The position numbers and the translations under genes are program-made. This document shows positions 1 to 9,315 of a stretch of DNA of 47,939 bases, in pieces (positions within the stretch are counted from its first letter, which is position 1; the number at the start of each line of letters is the position of its first letter). Source of the DNA: a virus (Duplodnaviria; Heunggongvirae; Uroviricota; Caudoviricetes); IMG/VR virus record IMGVR_UViG_2802429228_000006; one strand, given 5' to 3'. Under the pieces are notes generated by a model. That model saw only the letters and a list, made by a program, of their open reading frames with translations. It ran no database searches and was not told the DNA's origin.

Positions 1-1092
<1,092 letters not shown>

Positions 1093-1924
1093 TTATTGTG
1101 ATCAAAAACAATATTTTATTAACATATGGTAAGGTGAGTTATAGATGCTTTTTTAGAGAAATAATTATTTAAAATAATAAGTTAGTGATGGTTATAGGAG
1201 GTGAGTATTGGGTGTGATTTCAAACTTCAAAACAAATGTGTCCTGCGATTTAATACACGATTGAGTTAATTTGAAATAACCTGTTGTAAACAGGTGAGTT
1301 TTAGTTCTTCACCTGTTTGGCAGGGGGGAGAATAATACGTAGTCTCCATACATTATGTAAGTATCCCGCATAATCGTGCCATTCACATTTAGAGACCCTT
1401 TTGCATTTCAGAAGAGCAACGTCCCCCTTGATTAAGGATAGCGTTGCATCGACCCATTGAACTCAGAGCTCATAACAGACATTCATTTTTTATGGCTGAA
1501 AGGCATTCGTGGCTGGTTGGTATATGGAAGCTGTGAACGAAAAGAATGGTGCTTGTTGAGGGGATAGATGAAGCACAGCCAAATTAAGCAGATGAAAAAA
1601 TAAAAAAGCCCGCATAAGCGGACTTCTATGTCACTAAAGAGCTGCGGCTCCTTTGCGTATCCTTTTTTGTCTCCTCACCGTCTGGTCGGTGTCTTACTGA
1701 GACTGCTAACTTCCTGTTTTTGTTGGTGTTGTTCTTACACCGTCTAATCATGATTGGCTGGCGGAGTTTGAATAAATATTATATTTATTTGATTTTTAAC
1801 GATTTTGTTTAATTCAGTTTTTGTGCGTATACCTAATTGTATACCAATGGCTGTAAGTTAATGTGAAATTAAAGCGCATTTTTACTTGGATTGATGCTAT
1901 ATCGTACAGGAAAAAAATTTTTTT

Positions 1925-2210
1925 CGAAAGAACTGTTCACACTGTTCACCTTTCTGTTTTCTCCTTTTCTTTCAGTATGATAGATGGTGAATAATGGGTG
2001 AAGGGTGAACATTCGATTCTTCACCTCCGGCATTCTGCCGATGTGACTTGTGCAGGGGATTAATCCTCCGCACTGAAATCACACAGGGAGAAAAAAGTTT
2101 TTTTTGATTTGATTGTTCACACTGTTCACCTTTCGTTTTTCTCTTTTAATTTCAGTGTGATAACGGGTGAATATACGGTGAAGGGTGAACAGTGGATTGT
2201 TCACCTGCGG
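1925..2210. repeat. crr-like iteron cluster: two ~180-bp direct repeat units, each with TGTTCACC/GGTGAACAG octamers in both orientations
   Basis: Near-identical blocks ...ttgttcacactgttcacctttc...ggtgaagggtgaaca... at about 1925-2030 and 2105-2210, immediately downstream of alpha. This is where P4 crr lies. Confidence 0.6.
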
Positions 2211-2264
2211 GGGATATCGGGATAAAAAAAGACCGGCAGATGCCGGTCAGGTGGGTCATGAGGG

Positions 2265-4598
2265 TCAGGTTGTTGCAGGGTCGTCACATTTTGGCAGCCA
2301 GTCGCCGTAGCTTTCCTCTTTCAGCGTCAGGTTGGTCTGTATCCCCTGTTTGGTATGGCGCTTCTCGTAATTCAGTCCGTATTCCTTCAGCATCACCGGC
2401 AGCCCCAGCCCGAACATTTTCAGACTGAGTACATTCCGGTAGCCGTTTGCCTCCATGTAGGCCAGATAGGCGTGATAGAGGTATTTACGGTAATTACGCG
2501 GGATGATACTGGCGTTCCCCATATACATGCCGCTGGTCTGCGGCAGGGTTTCCAGATAGCCGATAAAATCAAACGTCGGGTCGGCATCCCGTTTGATGTT
2601 CAGTGCCTCGTCTGAGTTCTGCTGGGACTGAAGCAGTGACCGGGCGAGCATCGGGTCGCTGAATTTCTGCATCAGGTGACGCACGATGACCGCCAGCTCG
2701 CGGGTGATTTTGTCCTTAAGCTGCGGGTCGCGCTCCTGCGGGGCTATCTGTTCCGGGAAGTGAATAATCACCCGCCGGCGTGACACGCCGCCGCTGCGGT
2801 CGGTGAAGCGCATCGGGTTATTGTTCACGGCCAGAATCACCGCCGGGATATGCGTGGAGTACGCATCCCGGTATTTCGGGTCCACGGACACCGCATCGCC
2901 GCCGGTGATGGCCTTGAGTCCGGCACCGTCGCCGCTCCATTTTTCCTGGTCCGGCAGGCGTATCAGTGAGAAGCCAGTTAACGCGGCACGTTCACGCGGG
3001 GATTCCAGCGTCTCGATGGTGGCCGACGTGGCGTTATCCTCCCCGGCCAGCAGGGTGGCGATTTCGGCCATGATACTTTTGCCGCTGCCGCCGGGACCGG
3101 TCACCTCCAGAAAGAGCTGCCAGTCGTAGCGGTTTGCCAGCACCATAAACAGTGCGGCCAGAATCACGTCGCGTTTTTCCGCACGGCCACCGGCGGCACG
3201 GTCAAGCCAGCGCCAGAACGCGGGGGCGTGGTTTTCCAGCGTTTCCCCTTCCACCGGCGGGGTGAAATCCACATCGCACAGGGTGCGCATCCAGTGTGAC
3301 GGACTGTGCGGGTGGAACGTGCCGTTCTGCGTGTCGAGCACGCCGTTACGAAAGCCAATCAGGCGGCGGGAGGGGGCTTCCTGCTGCGGAATAATCAGCT
3401 TCAGGGTGTCCACCACGGAGGCCACCTTCCCGGAGGAGAACGGCGCGCGCAGACGCTGAAACAGCCCGGCCACATCCCGGGCAAAGTCCTGTGGCGGCAG
3501 CACCTTCCAGACACCATTTTCATAGCGGGACAGAAGCTGGCCGTTGGCATCGACCGCGAGCGCCTCGCCGTAATGCTCATAGATACGCATGGCCTTTTCG
3601 CTGGTACTCATGGCGGAAAACTCCGCTTCGCTCATGGTGTCGAACGGGCTTTCAGCCGGTGGCCGGATGGCATCATAAATGGCCTTACGGGTGGCTTCCC
3701 CGCCGTACTGCGTGAAGGCATCATTCCAGTCACCGAAGACCGGCGGCAGGGCAACAACACCTTCACACGCATCTGCGGCTGCGGCGGCTTTTTTCTGGCC
3801 GTCACCGCTGAGGTCACGGTCTGCGGCAAGGACAATCTGACAGGCCGGATGCTTCTGCCGGGCAAGGCTGGCCAGAGAAAGGAGGTTCACGGAAGAAAGC
3901 GCCACCATCACCGTTTCACCGGTCAGGTGATGCACGGTAAGTGCGGTCGCGTATCCCTCCGCTATCCACAGACGTTTTCCGGCCTGATTCTGTCCTTCAA
4001 GGGTGTGACAGGTGCCCCTGACCTGTCCGCCTTTCAGGGTGCGCTTACGGCCGTCAGCACTGATTAACTGAAGGTTAACCAGTTCGCCGCTGTCGTCATA
4101 CAGTGGCACCACAAGGTCACCGGCACGCCAGCTCACGCCACCGGCTCTGTGTGTGCCGGTCAGCATCCGGCATTCCCGGCCGGGAAAGCCCTTGCGGGTC
4201 AGGTAGGCGTTACCGGTTCCGGGACGGGTTTTCGCCATCAGGGTTTGTGCCAGTGCGGCTGCGTTCTTCCGGGCAGCGTCTGTTTCAGCACCGGCGGCAG
4301 CCGTCACTGCCGGGTCAGCCGGGGGCAGGCTGCCGGTCACGGCAGCCACCTTTGCGGCCGCGTCGGACGGGGAAACACCAAACACCTTTTCAACCAGTTT
4401 CAGGCCGTCACCGGCACCACACTGATTGCAGTACCAGGTGCCGCGCCCCTCCCTGTCATCAAAACGGAAGCGGTCACTCCCGCCACAGACCGGACAGGGC
4501 TGATGACGGTTTTTCAGCACCTGAATCCCCAGCGCCGGGAGAATACGCGGCCAGTGGCCGAGCGCATGGCTGACGGTGGCGGTTACGTTCATTTTCAT
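2265..4598 (-). CDS. alpha: P4-type alpha protein (primase/helicase replication protein)
   Basis: 777-aa ORF with an N-terminal CxxC...CxxC zinc-binding primase-like region and P4 alpha-like sequence throughout; AAGGAG RBS upstream of the ATG. Confidence 0.9.
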   Translation of the reverse strand: MKMNVTATVSHALGHWPRILPALGIQVLKNRHQPCPVCGGSDRFRFDDREGRGTWYCNQCGAGDGLKLVEKVFGVSPSDAAAKVAAVTGSLPPADPAVTAAAGAETDAARKNAAALAQTLMAKTRPGTGNAYLTRKGFPGRECRMLTGTHRAGGVSWRAGDLVVPLYDDSGELVNLQLISADGRKRTLKGGQVRGTCHTLEGQNQAGKRLWIAEGYATALTVHHLTGETVMVALSSVNLLSLASLARQKHPACQIVLAADRDLSGDGQKKAAAAADACEGVVALPPVFGDWNDAFTQYGGEATRKAIYDAIRPPAESPFDTMSEAEFSAMSTSEKAMRIYEHYGEALAVDANGQLLSRYENGVWKVLPPQDFARDVAGLFQRLRAPFSSGKVASVVDTLKLIIPQQEAPSRRLIGFRNGVLDTQNGTFHPHSPSHWMRTLCDVDFTPPVEGETLENHAPAFWRWLDRAAGGRAEKRDVILAALFMVLANRYDWQLFLEVTGPGGSGKSIMAEIATLLAGEDNATSATIETLESPRERAALTGFSLIRLPDQEKWSGDGAGLKAITGGDAVSVDPKYRDAYSTHIPAVILAVNNNPMRFTDRSGGVSRRRVIIHFPEQIAPQERDPQLKDKITRELAVIVRHLMQKFSDPMLARSLLQSQQNSDEALNIKRDADPTFDFIGYLETLPQTSGMYMGNASIIPRNYRKYLYHAYLAYMEANGYRNVLSLKMFGLGLPVMLKEYGLNYEKRHTKQGIQTNLTLKEESYGDWLPKCDDPATT

Positions 4599-4612
4599 GG
4601 TGTTGTTCTCCT

Positions 4613-4933
4613 TCAGTGCAGTACCGGCGCTTTTATGTGACGGGCACAGAGTTCATCCATCACAACCAGCCCGAGAAAGGACAGCGACGGCGCGGCCTTC
4701 AGGGGGCCGGATTCCATTAAATCTTCCAGCAGGGCACAGGCTATCTGACGCCCTTTTTCCTCACCGTGCTGGCGCAGATAAAAGCCTTCCAGCTCAGCGG
4801 CGATGGCCGCCTCCAGTGATTCAAGGGTGAGATGCGGGTAGCGGTGCTGACGTTCGCACACGGTCAGCCAGGCACAGGCGACAGCGCGACGGTAAAGGGC
4901 AGCGCGTAAGACGGGCGGTAAGGGTGTTTTCAT
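4613..4933 (-). CDS. Hypothetical P4-family early-operon protein (106 aa)
   Basis: ORF with a GGGAGG RBS, co-oriented and tightly packed upstream of alpha. Confidence 0.55.
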
Positions 4934-5068
4934 TTGCTTTCCTCCCTGTGACAGATGACAGCATTCCGTGCCGGTTGCATTAACTGATAAGGCATATCTG
5001 CGTCTCCTGAAGACGTGCGTATCCCTGCGCGAATACGCACATTTAATTTTTCGGGGGTCGTTTTTTAA

Positions 5069-5524
5069 TTACAGATAATTGCGGTAACTGTTATCCGGGG
5101 TGGTTTCCGGGTCAGGCTCCGTGCGGGGGATTTCCCGCCATTCCCGCGCCACCGGTGCCGCCCGGCTGACCGGAACAGGGGCCTGCGGGTAAATATCCAG
5201 ATATTTCTCCCGCCATTTCTGTAATTCCGGGTCTCCGGCCATTTCTTTCAGTACCGCATGCCGGTTTACGGGGCTGCGTTTAAACAGGTCAGGACGGTCA
5301 CAGGTAAATTCCCGCAGAAAACGCCCCAGCGGGATGTCTGTGGTGCGCCCGTCTGCGAGGATACGCACAAGGATACTGAATTTACGGCGGTACGGGTTCC
5401 AGACAATGTCCGGGCAGCGGTACGGCATTTCCCACGGAATACCGTCTTCCAGAATGCCGACCACGGCCACATCGGGAAAACCGGCAGAACGGTAAATCTC
5501 ACCGGGCTGGGGAAAATCAAACAT
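5069..5524 (-). CDS. P4 orf151-like protein (151 aa)
   Basis: Exactly 151 codons in the position P4 orf151 occupies upstream of alpha; GGGGAG RBS. Confidence 0.55.
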   Translation of the reverse strand: MFDFPQPGEIYRSAGFPDVAVVGILEDGIPWEMPYRCPDIVWNPYRRKFSILVRILADGRTTDIPLGRFLREFTCDRPDLFKRSPVNRHAVLKEMAGDPELQKWREKYLDIYPQAPVPVSRAAPVAREWREIPRTEPDPETTPDNSYRNYL

Positions 5525-5804
5525 GCGTCTTGTCTCCCCGGTCTTTCTGCTGGGCGAGAAAATCGCGGCACAGGCCTTTGGCTTTCAGCTCATTCAGCAC
5601 AAAATCAATATCTTCATTCAGGTAGCTGAAAATATGCGGAATGTAGAGCTGATGCAGGCCGGAGAGTTCACGGTGAATCAAATCACCCCCAACAAACTGG
5701 GATACGGCGCTGGCGCGGTTGAGCTTATGGTAAGCCTCAATGCTGAGGTGTTCACGGGCGTCATGACGCGCTGAGACGGTCTGAGGGGCTTTTTTATTAC
5801 GCAC
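5517..5804 (-). CDS. Putative derepression (epsilon-like) protein, about 95 aa, GTG start
   Basis: The C-terminal part of ORF-track entry 5517..6050 has coding character. GGAGG followed by GTG defines a short gene; the long upstream extension is implausible. Confidence 0.4.
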   Translation of the reverse strand: MRNKKAPQTVSARHDAREHLSIEAYHKLNRASAVSQFVGGDLIHRELSGLHQLYIPHIFSYLNEDIDFVLNELKAKGLCRDFLAQQKDRGDKTHV

Positions 5805-5994
5805 GGGACACCTCCACCACCGGCAGACGGGCAGCAAGGGAGAGCACATAGTCACGGACAAGGGAACGGCGGGCGCTGCGTTCATCACCGGCGACGGTGC
5901 GAAGCATGCAGATACGGGGATGACGGTCTGCGCGACGGACAGCCGCAAACACAAAGACAAATTCAGGGTGTGAGGGGGTAAGGGTTGTAGCCAT
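5797..5994 (-). CDS. Small early ORF (65 aa), possible Icd/Kil-like host cell-division inhibitor
   Basis: Internal ATG of ORF 5797..6396 preceded by AAGGAGG; begins [16 protein letters not shown]. Sits immediately downstream of the seqC-like element. Confidence 0.4.
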   Translation of the reverse strand: MATTLTPSHPEFVFVFAAVRRADRHPRICMLRTVAGDERSARRSLVRDYVLSLAARLPVVEVSRA

Positions 5995-6002
5995 GATGGC
6001 AG

Positions 6003-6255
6003 CCTCCTTGAAGTAACAGTTACAGCTACCACTGGAGTTCCTACGCTCATGGGTGGTAGCCCGGACGGGGGTAGGAATACCGGCCTTCAAGGAAACCGGC
6101 CAGCCCGAAGGCTGCCCCGCCCGGACCACCATTATCTGACAGAGGCTACGGTTTAAAAACCACAGCCAGAAAAACAGGTGTGCCGAAGCAACGACGTAAA
6201 AAAAGACGCATGGCGCGTCATATGTCGCCTTGAAGTAACTCGGGTTCCTACGCCC
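6003..6255 (-). promoter_or_regulatory. P4-type RNA immunity region: two similar sequences flanking a central complementary element (candidate CI-like RNA around 6070..6095)
   Basis: CCTTGAAGTAAC...GTTCCTACGC occurs at about 6005-6045 and 6228-6255. The central stretch ggtaggaataccggccttcaagg contains the reverse complements of both half-motifs (GTAGGAA, CTTCAAGG). Confidence 0.4.
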
Positions 6256-6347
6256 GGCTGCCGATTTTGCGACAGCGGAAAAACTATATCCGCAAATGCC
6301 GGAAAAAGGCAAGCCAGAAAAAGGGACTTTTTGCAGAACAGGCATCA

Positions 6348-6614
6348 TCATGCGTCGTACCCCCGTTTGCGTCCGGCAATGCGCCCGGCCATCCATGCGG
6401 TGACTTCAGAGTGCAGCCAGGCCACATTTTTACCGCCAAGACTCACCTGTGGCGGAAATTCCCCCTTACGGATGAGTTCATAGATGGTCGAGCGTGACAG
6501 GCCGCACAGGTGCATCACTTCCGGCAGACGTAAAAAACGCTCCTGCGTGATGTCCGGCAGCGGCATCAGTGGCGTCACAGGGGCGGGAGACGGGGAAGAA
6601 AAAACAGCTTGCAT
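6348..6614 (-). CDS. AlpA-family phage transcriptional regulator (short HTH protein)
   Basis: RLPEV...[17 protein letters not shown]...W...SEV..W matches the AlpA-type HTH signature. The true start may be an internal Met. Confidence 0.65.
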   Translation of the reverse strand: MQAVFSSPSPAPVTPLMPLPDITQERFLRLPEVMHLCGLSRSTIYELIRKGEFPPQVSLGGKNVAWLHSEVTAWMAGRIAGRKRGYDA

Positions 6615-6892
6615 CGGGCTACCTCGTTAATGTCCATACAGCACCGGATAAGTCCGTCCGGCGTCGGGTAGCGCTTTATTTTGTGAATATTTTCAGCAGA
6701 CGCAACAGGGGGGATTTGTTCCGGTAGCCTTACAATGGCTGTGTGTTTTTTATCCATCTGGACTGGAAGGGTCTCAAAGGGTTCTGAAGGACCTGGAATT
6801 TTTTATAGTGAAATACAAATTGTTTTTTCTTATTTATTTCAGTGAATTAATAAAAATAAAAAGTAATAAACAGCACAAAAAGTCCATGAGCG

Positions 6893-6997
6893 GGTGAACA
6901 GTGGTGAACAGACGGTGAACAGTCATCGCTGCGATTGTTCACCCTTTAACTTACTGTATTGCTTATCTTTTTTCTTATGGTGAACAGAGGTGAACAG
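6893..6997. repeat. ori-like iteron cluster: five direct GGTGAACAG copies plus one inverted copy
   Basis: gggtgaacagtggtgaacagacggtgaacag...attgttcaccc...ggtgaacagaggtgaacag. Same octamer as the crr cluster and about 4.9 kb from it, as for P4 ori versus crr. Confidence 0.6.
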
Positions 6998-7076
6998 TAA
7001 AATATAAAAAAAACAAACAGTAAGCCGGTTTTTCCTGCGACCTTTTCCTGGCTTGCCGGTCTGAGGATGAGTCTCC

Positions 7077-7094
7077 TGTGTCAGGGCTGGCACA
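7077..7094 (+). promoter_or_regulatory. Delta/Ogr-type activator site (TGT-N12-ACA) of a P_sid-like late promoter
   Basis: tgtgtcagggctggcaca lies about 75-90 bp upstream of the sid ATG. Confidence 0.5.
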
Positions 7095-7166
7095 TCTGCA
7101 ATGCGTCGTGTTGTTGTCCGGTGTACGTCACAATTTTCTTAACCTGAAGTGACGAGGAGCCGGAAA

Positions 7167-7901
7167 ATGTCTGACAACACCATCCCTGAATATCTGCAAC
7201 CCGCGCTGGCACAACTGGAAAAGGCCAGAGCCGCCCATCTTGAGAACGCCCGCCTGATGGATGAGACCGTCACGGCCATTGAACGGGCAGAGCAGGAAAA
7301 AAATGCGCTGGCGCAGGCCGACGGAAACGACGCTGACGACTGGCGCACGGCCTTTCGTGCAGCCGGTGGTGTCCTGAGCGACGAGCTGAAACAGCGCCAC
7401 ATTGAGCGCGTGGCACGCCGGGAGCTGGTACAGGAATATGACAATCTGGCCGTGGTGCTGAATTTTGAACGTGAACGCCTGAAAGGGGCGTGTGACAGCA
7501 CGGCCACCGCCTACCGGAAGGCACATCATCACCTTCTGAGTCTGTATGCAGAGAATGAGCTGGAACACGCCCTGAATGAAACCTGTGAGGCGCTTGTCCG
7601 GGCAATGCATCTGAGCATCCTGGTACAGGAAAATCCGCTCGCCAACACCACCGGCCATCAGGGCTACGTCGCACCCGATAAAGCTGTCATGCAGCAGGTG
7701 AAATCATCGCTGGAACAGAAAATAAAACAGATGCAAATCAGCCTCACCGGCGAGCCGGTTCTCCGGCTGACCGGACTGTCAGCGGCAACACTCCCGCACA
7801 TGGATTATGAGGTGGCAGGCACACCGGCACAGCGCAAGGTGTGGCAGGACAAAATAGACCAGCAGGGAGCAGAGCTTAAGGCCAGAGGACTGCTGTCATG
7901 A
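7167..7901 (+). CDS. sid: Sid, P4 capsid size-determination (external scaffold) protein
   Basis: 244-aa product from MSDNTIPEYL with a GAGGAG RBS. First gene of a sid-delta-psu operon with P4 sizes. Confidence 0.8.
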   Translation: MSDNTIPEYLQPALAQLEKARAAHLENARLMDETVTAIERAEQEKNALAQADGNDADDWRTAFRAAGGVLSDELKQRHIERVARRELVQEYDNLAVVLNFERERLKGACDSTATAYRKAHHHLLSLYAENELEHALNETCEALVRAMHLSILVQENPLANTTGHQGYVAPDKAVMQQVKSSLEQKIKQMQISLTGEPVLRLTGLSAATLPHMDYEVAGTPAQRKVWQDKIDQQGAELKARGLLS

Positions 7902-8398
7902 TTTACTGCCCGTCGTGTGGACATGTTGCTCACACCCGTCGCGCACATTTCATGGACGATGGCACCAAGATAATGATTGCACAGTGCCGGAATATTTATT
8001 GCTCTGCGACATTTGAAGCGAGTGAAAGCTTTTTCTCTGACTGTAAAGATTCAGGAATGGAATACATTTCAGGCAAACAGAGATACCGCGATTCACTGAC
8101 GTCAGCCTCCGGCAGCATGAAACGCCCGAAAAGAATGCTTGTTACCGGATATTGTTGTCGGAGATGTAAAGGCCTTGCACTGTCAAGAACATCGCGGCGT
8201 CTGTCTCAGGAAGTCACCGAGCGTTTTTATGTGTGCACGGATCCGGGCTGTGGTCTGGTGTTTAAAACGCTTCAGACCATCAACCGCTTCATTGTCCGCC
8301 CGGTCACGCCGGACGAACTGGCAGAAAGCCTGCATGAAAAACAGGAACTGCCGCCAGTACGCTTAAAAACACAATCATATTCGCTGCGTCTGGAATGA
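7898..8398 (+). CDS. delta: Delta, late-gene transcriptional activator (tandem Ogr-like zinc fingers)
   Basis: 166 aa with two CxxC...C..C Ogr-type modules (MIYCPSCGHVAHTRRAH... and ...CCRRCKGLALSRTS...CTDPGCGLVF); start overlaps the sid stop. Confidence 0.85.
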   Translation: MIYCPSCGHVAHTRRAHFMDDGTKIMIAQCRNIYCSATFEASESFFSDCKDSGMEYISGKQRYRDSLTSASGSMKRPKRMLVTGYCCRRCKGLALSRTSRRLSQEVTERFYVCTDPGCGLVFKTLQTINRFIVRPVTPDELAESLHEKQELPPVRLKTQSYSLRLE

Positions 8399-8471
8399 GG
8401 GCTGCCGGTTAATACCGGCCGTCGCCGCACACCGTATTTTTATTCTTCAGCATGATGAGAAAGAGATAACG

Positions 8472-9044
8472 ATGGAAAGCACAGCCTTACAGCAGGCCTT
8501 TGACACCTGTCAGAATAACAAAGCAGCATGGCTGCAACGCAAAAATGAGCTGGCTGCGGCCGAACAGGAATATCTGCGGCTTCTGTCCGGGGAAGGCAGA
8601 AACGTCAGTCGCCTGGACGAATTACGCAATATTATCGAAGTCAGAAAATGGCAGGTGAATCAGGCCGCCGGTCGTTATATTCGTTCGCATGAAGCCGTTC
8701 AGCACATCAGCATCCGCGACCGGCTGAATGATTTTATGCAGCAGCACGGCACAGCACTGGCGGCGGCACTGGCACCGGAGCTGATGGGCTACAGTGAGCT
8801 GACGGCCATTGCCCGAAACTGTGCCATACAGCGTGCCACAGATGCCCTGCGTGAAGCCCTTCTGTCCTGGCTTGCGAAGGGGGAAAAAATTAATTATTCC
8901 GCACAGGATAGCGACATTTTAACGGCCATCGGATTCAGGCCTGACGCGGCTTCGGTGGATGACAGCCGTGAAAAATTCACTCCTGCGCAGAACATGATTT
9001 TTTCGCGTAAAAGTGCGCAACTGGCATCACATCAGTCTGTGTAA
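8472..9044 (+). CDS. psu: Psu, polarity suppression protein (Rho antagonist / capsid decoration)
   Basis: 190 aa; the MESTALQQAFDTCQNNKAAWLQRKNELAAAEQEYLRL N-terminus is recognisable as P4 Psu. Confidence 0.9.
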   Translation: MESTALQQAFDTCQNNKAAWLQRKNELAAAEQEYLRLLSGEGRNVSRLDELRNIIEVRKWQVNQAAGRYIRSHEAVQHISIRDRLNDFMQQHGTALAAALAPELMGYSELTAIARNCAIQRATDALREALLSWLAKGEKINYSAQDSDILTAIGFRPDAASVDDSREKFTPAQNMIFSRKSAQLASHQSV

Positions 9045-9080
9045 AACTCCCCGAAAATCCGCCCGTTTTTACTGAAAAAA

Positions 9081-9119
9081 GCCATGCATCGATAAGGTGC
9101 ATGGCTTTGCATGCGTTTT
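9081..9119 (+). terminator. Hairpin plus T-rich tract downstream of psu
   Basis: gccatgcatcgataaggtgcatggc followed by tttgcatgcgtttt. Confidence 0.45.
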
Positions 9120-9208
9120 CCTGCCTCATTTTCTGCAAACCACGCCATTCCCGGCGCGGTCTGAGCGTGTCAGTGCAACTGCATTAAAACCGCCCCGCAA
9201 AGCGGGCG

Positions 9209-9227
9209 GGCGAGGCGGGGAAAGCAC
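9209..9227. other. cos site, P2/P4 type (19-nt cohesive-end sequence)
   Basis: ggcgaggcggggaaagcac matches the P2/P4 cohesive end as I recall it, in the P4 position just past psu. Confidence 0.7.
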
Positions 9228-9315
9228 TGCGCGCGCATTGAATTAATTTATTAATAATTAAACTAGAATATGGAGTGGAGAAGTAAGAAACTTATAACAC
9301 TAAGGATAAGAGGAT

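Noticed and set aside
1230-1260. Possible CRP site in the csiD promoter region
   Set aside because: The TGTGT...TACAC spacing does not fit the TGTGA-N6-TCACA consensus; not supportable from sequence alone.
3306-4067. 253-aa plus-strand ORF inside the alpha gene
   Set aside because: Antisense overlap with the alpha primase; Gly/Arg-rich translation typical of a reverse-strand read of GC-rich coding DNA.
5797-6396. Long minus-strand ORFs 5517..6050 (177 aa) and 5797..6396 (199 aa)
   Set aside because: The upstream portions run through the repeat/immunity region and have odd composition. Only the RBS-preceded 3' parts (5517..5804 and 5797..5994) are proposed as genes.
6575-6757. 60-aa ORF overlapping the alpA start
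   Set aside because: No RBS and overlaps a promoter region; likely spurious.
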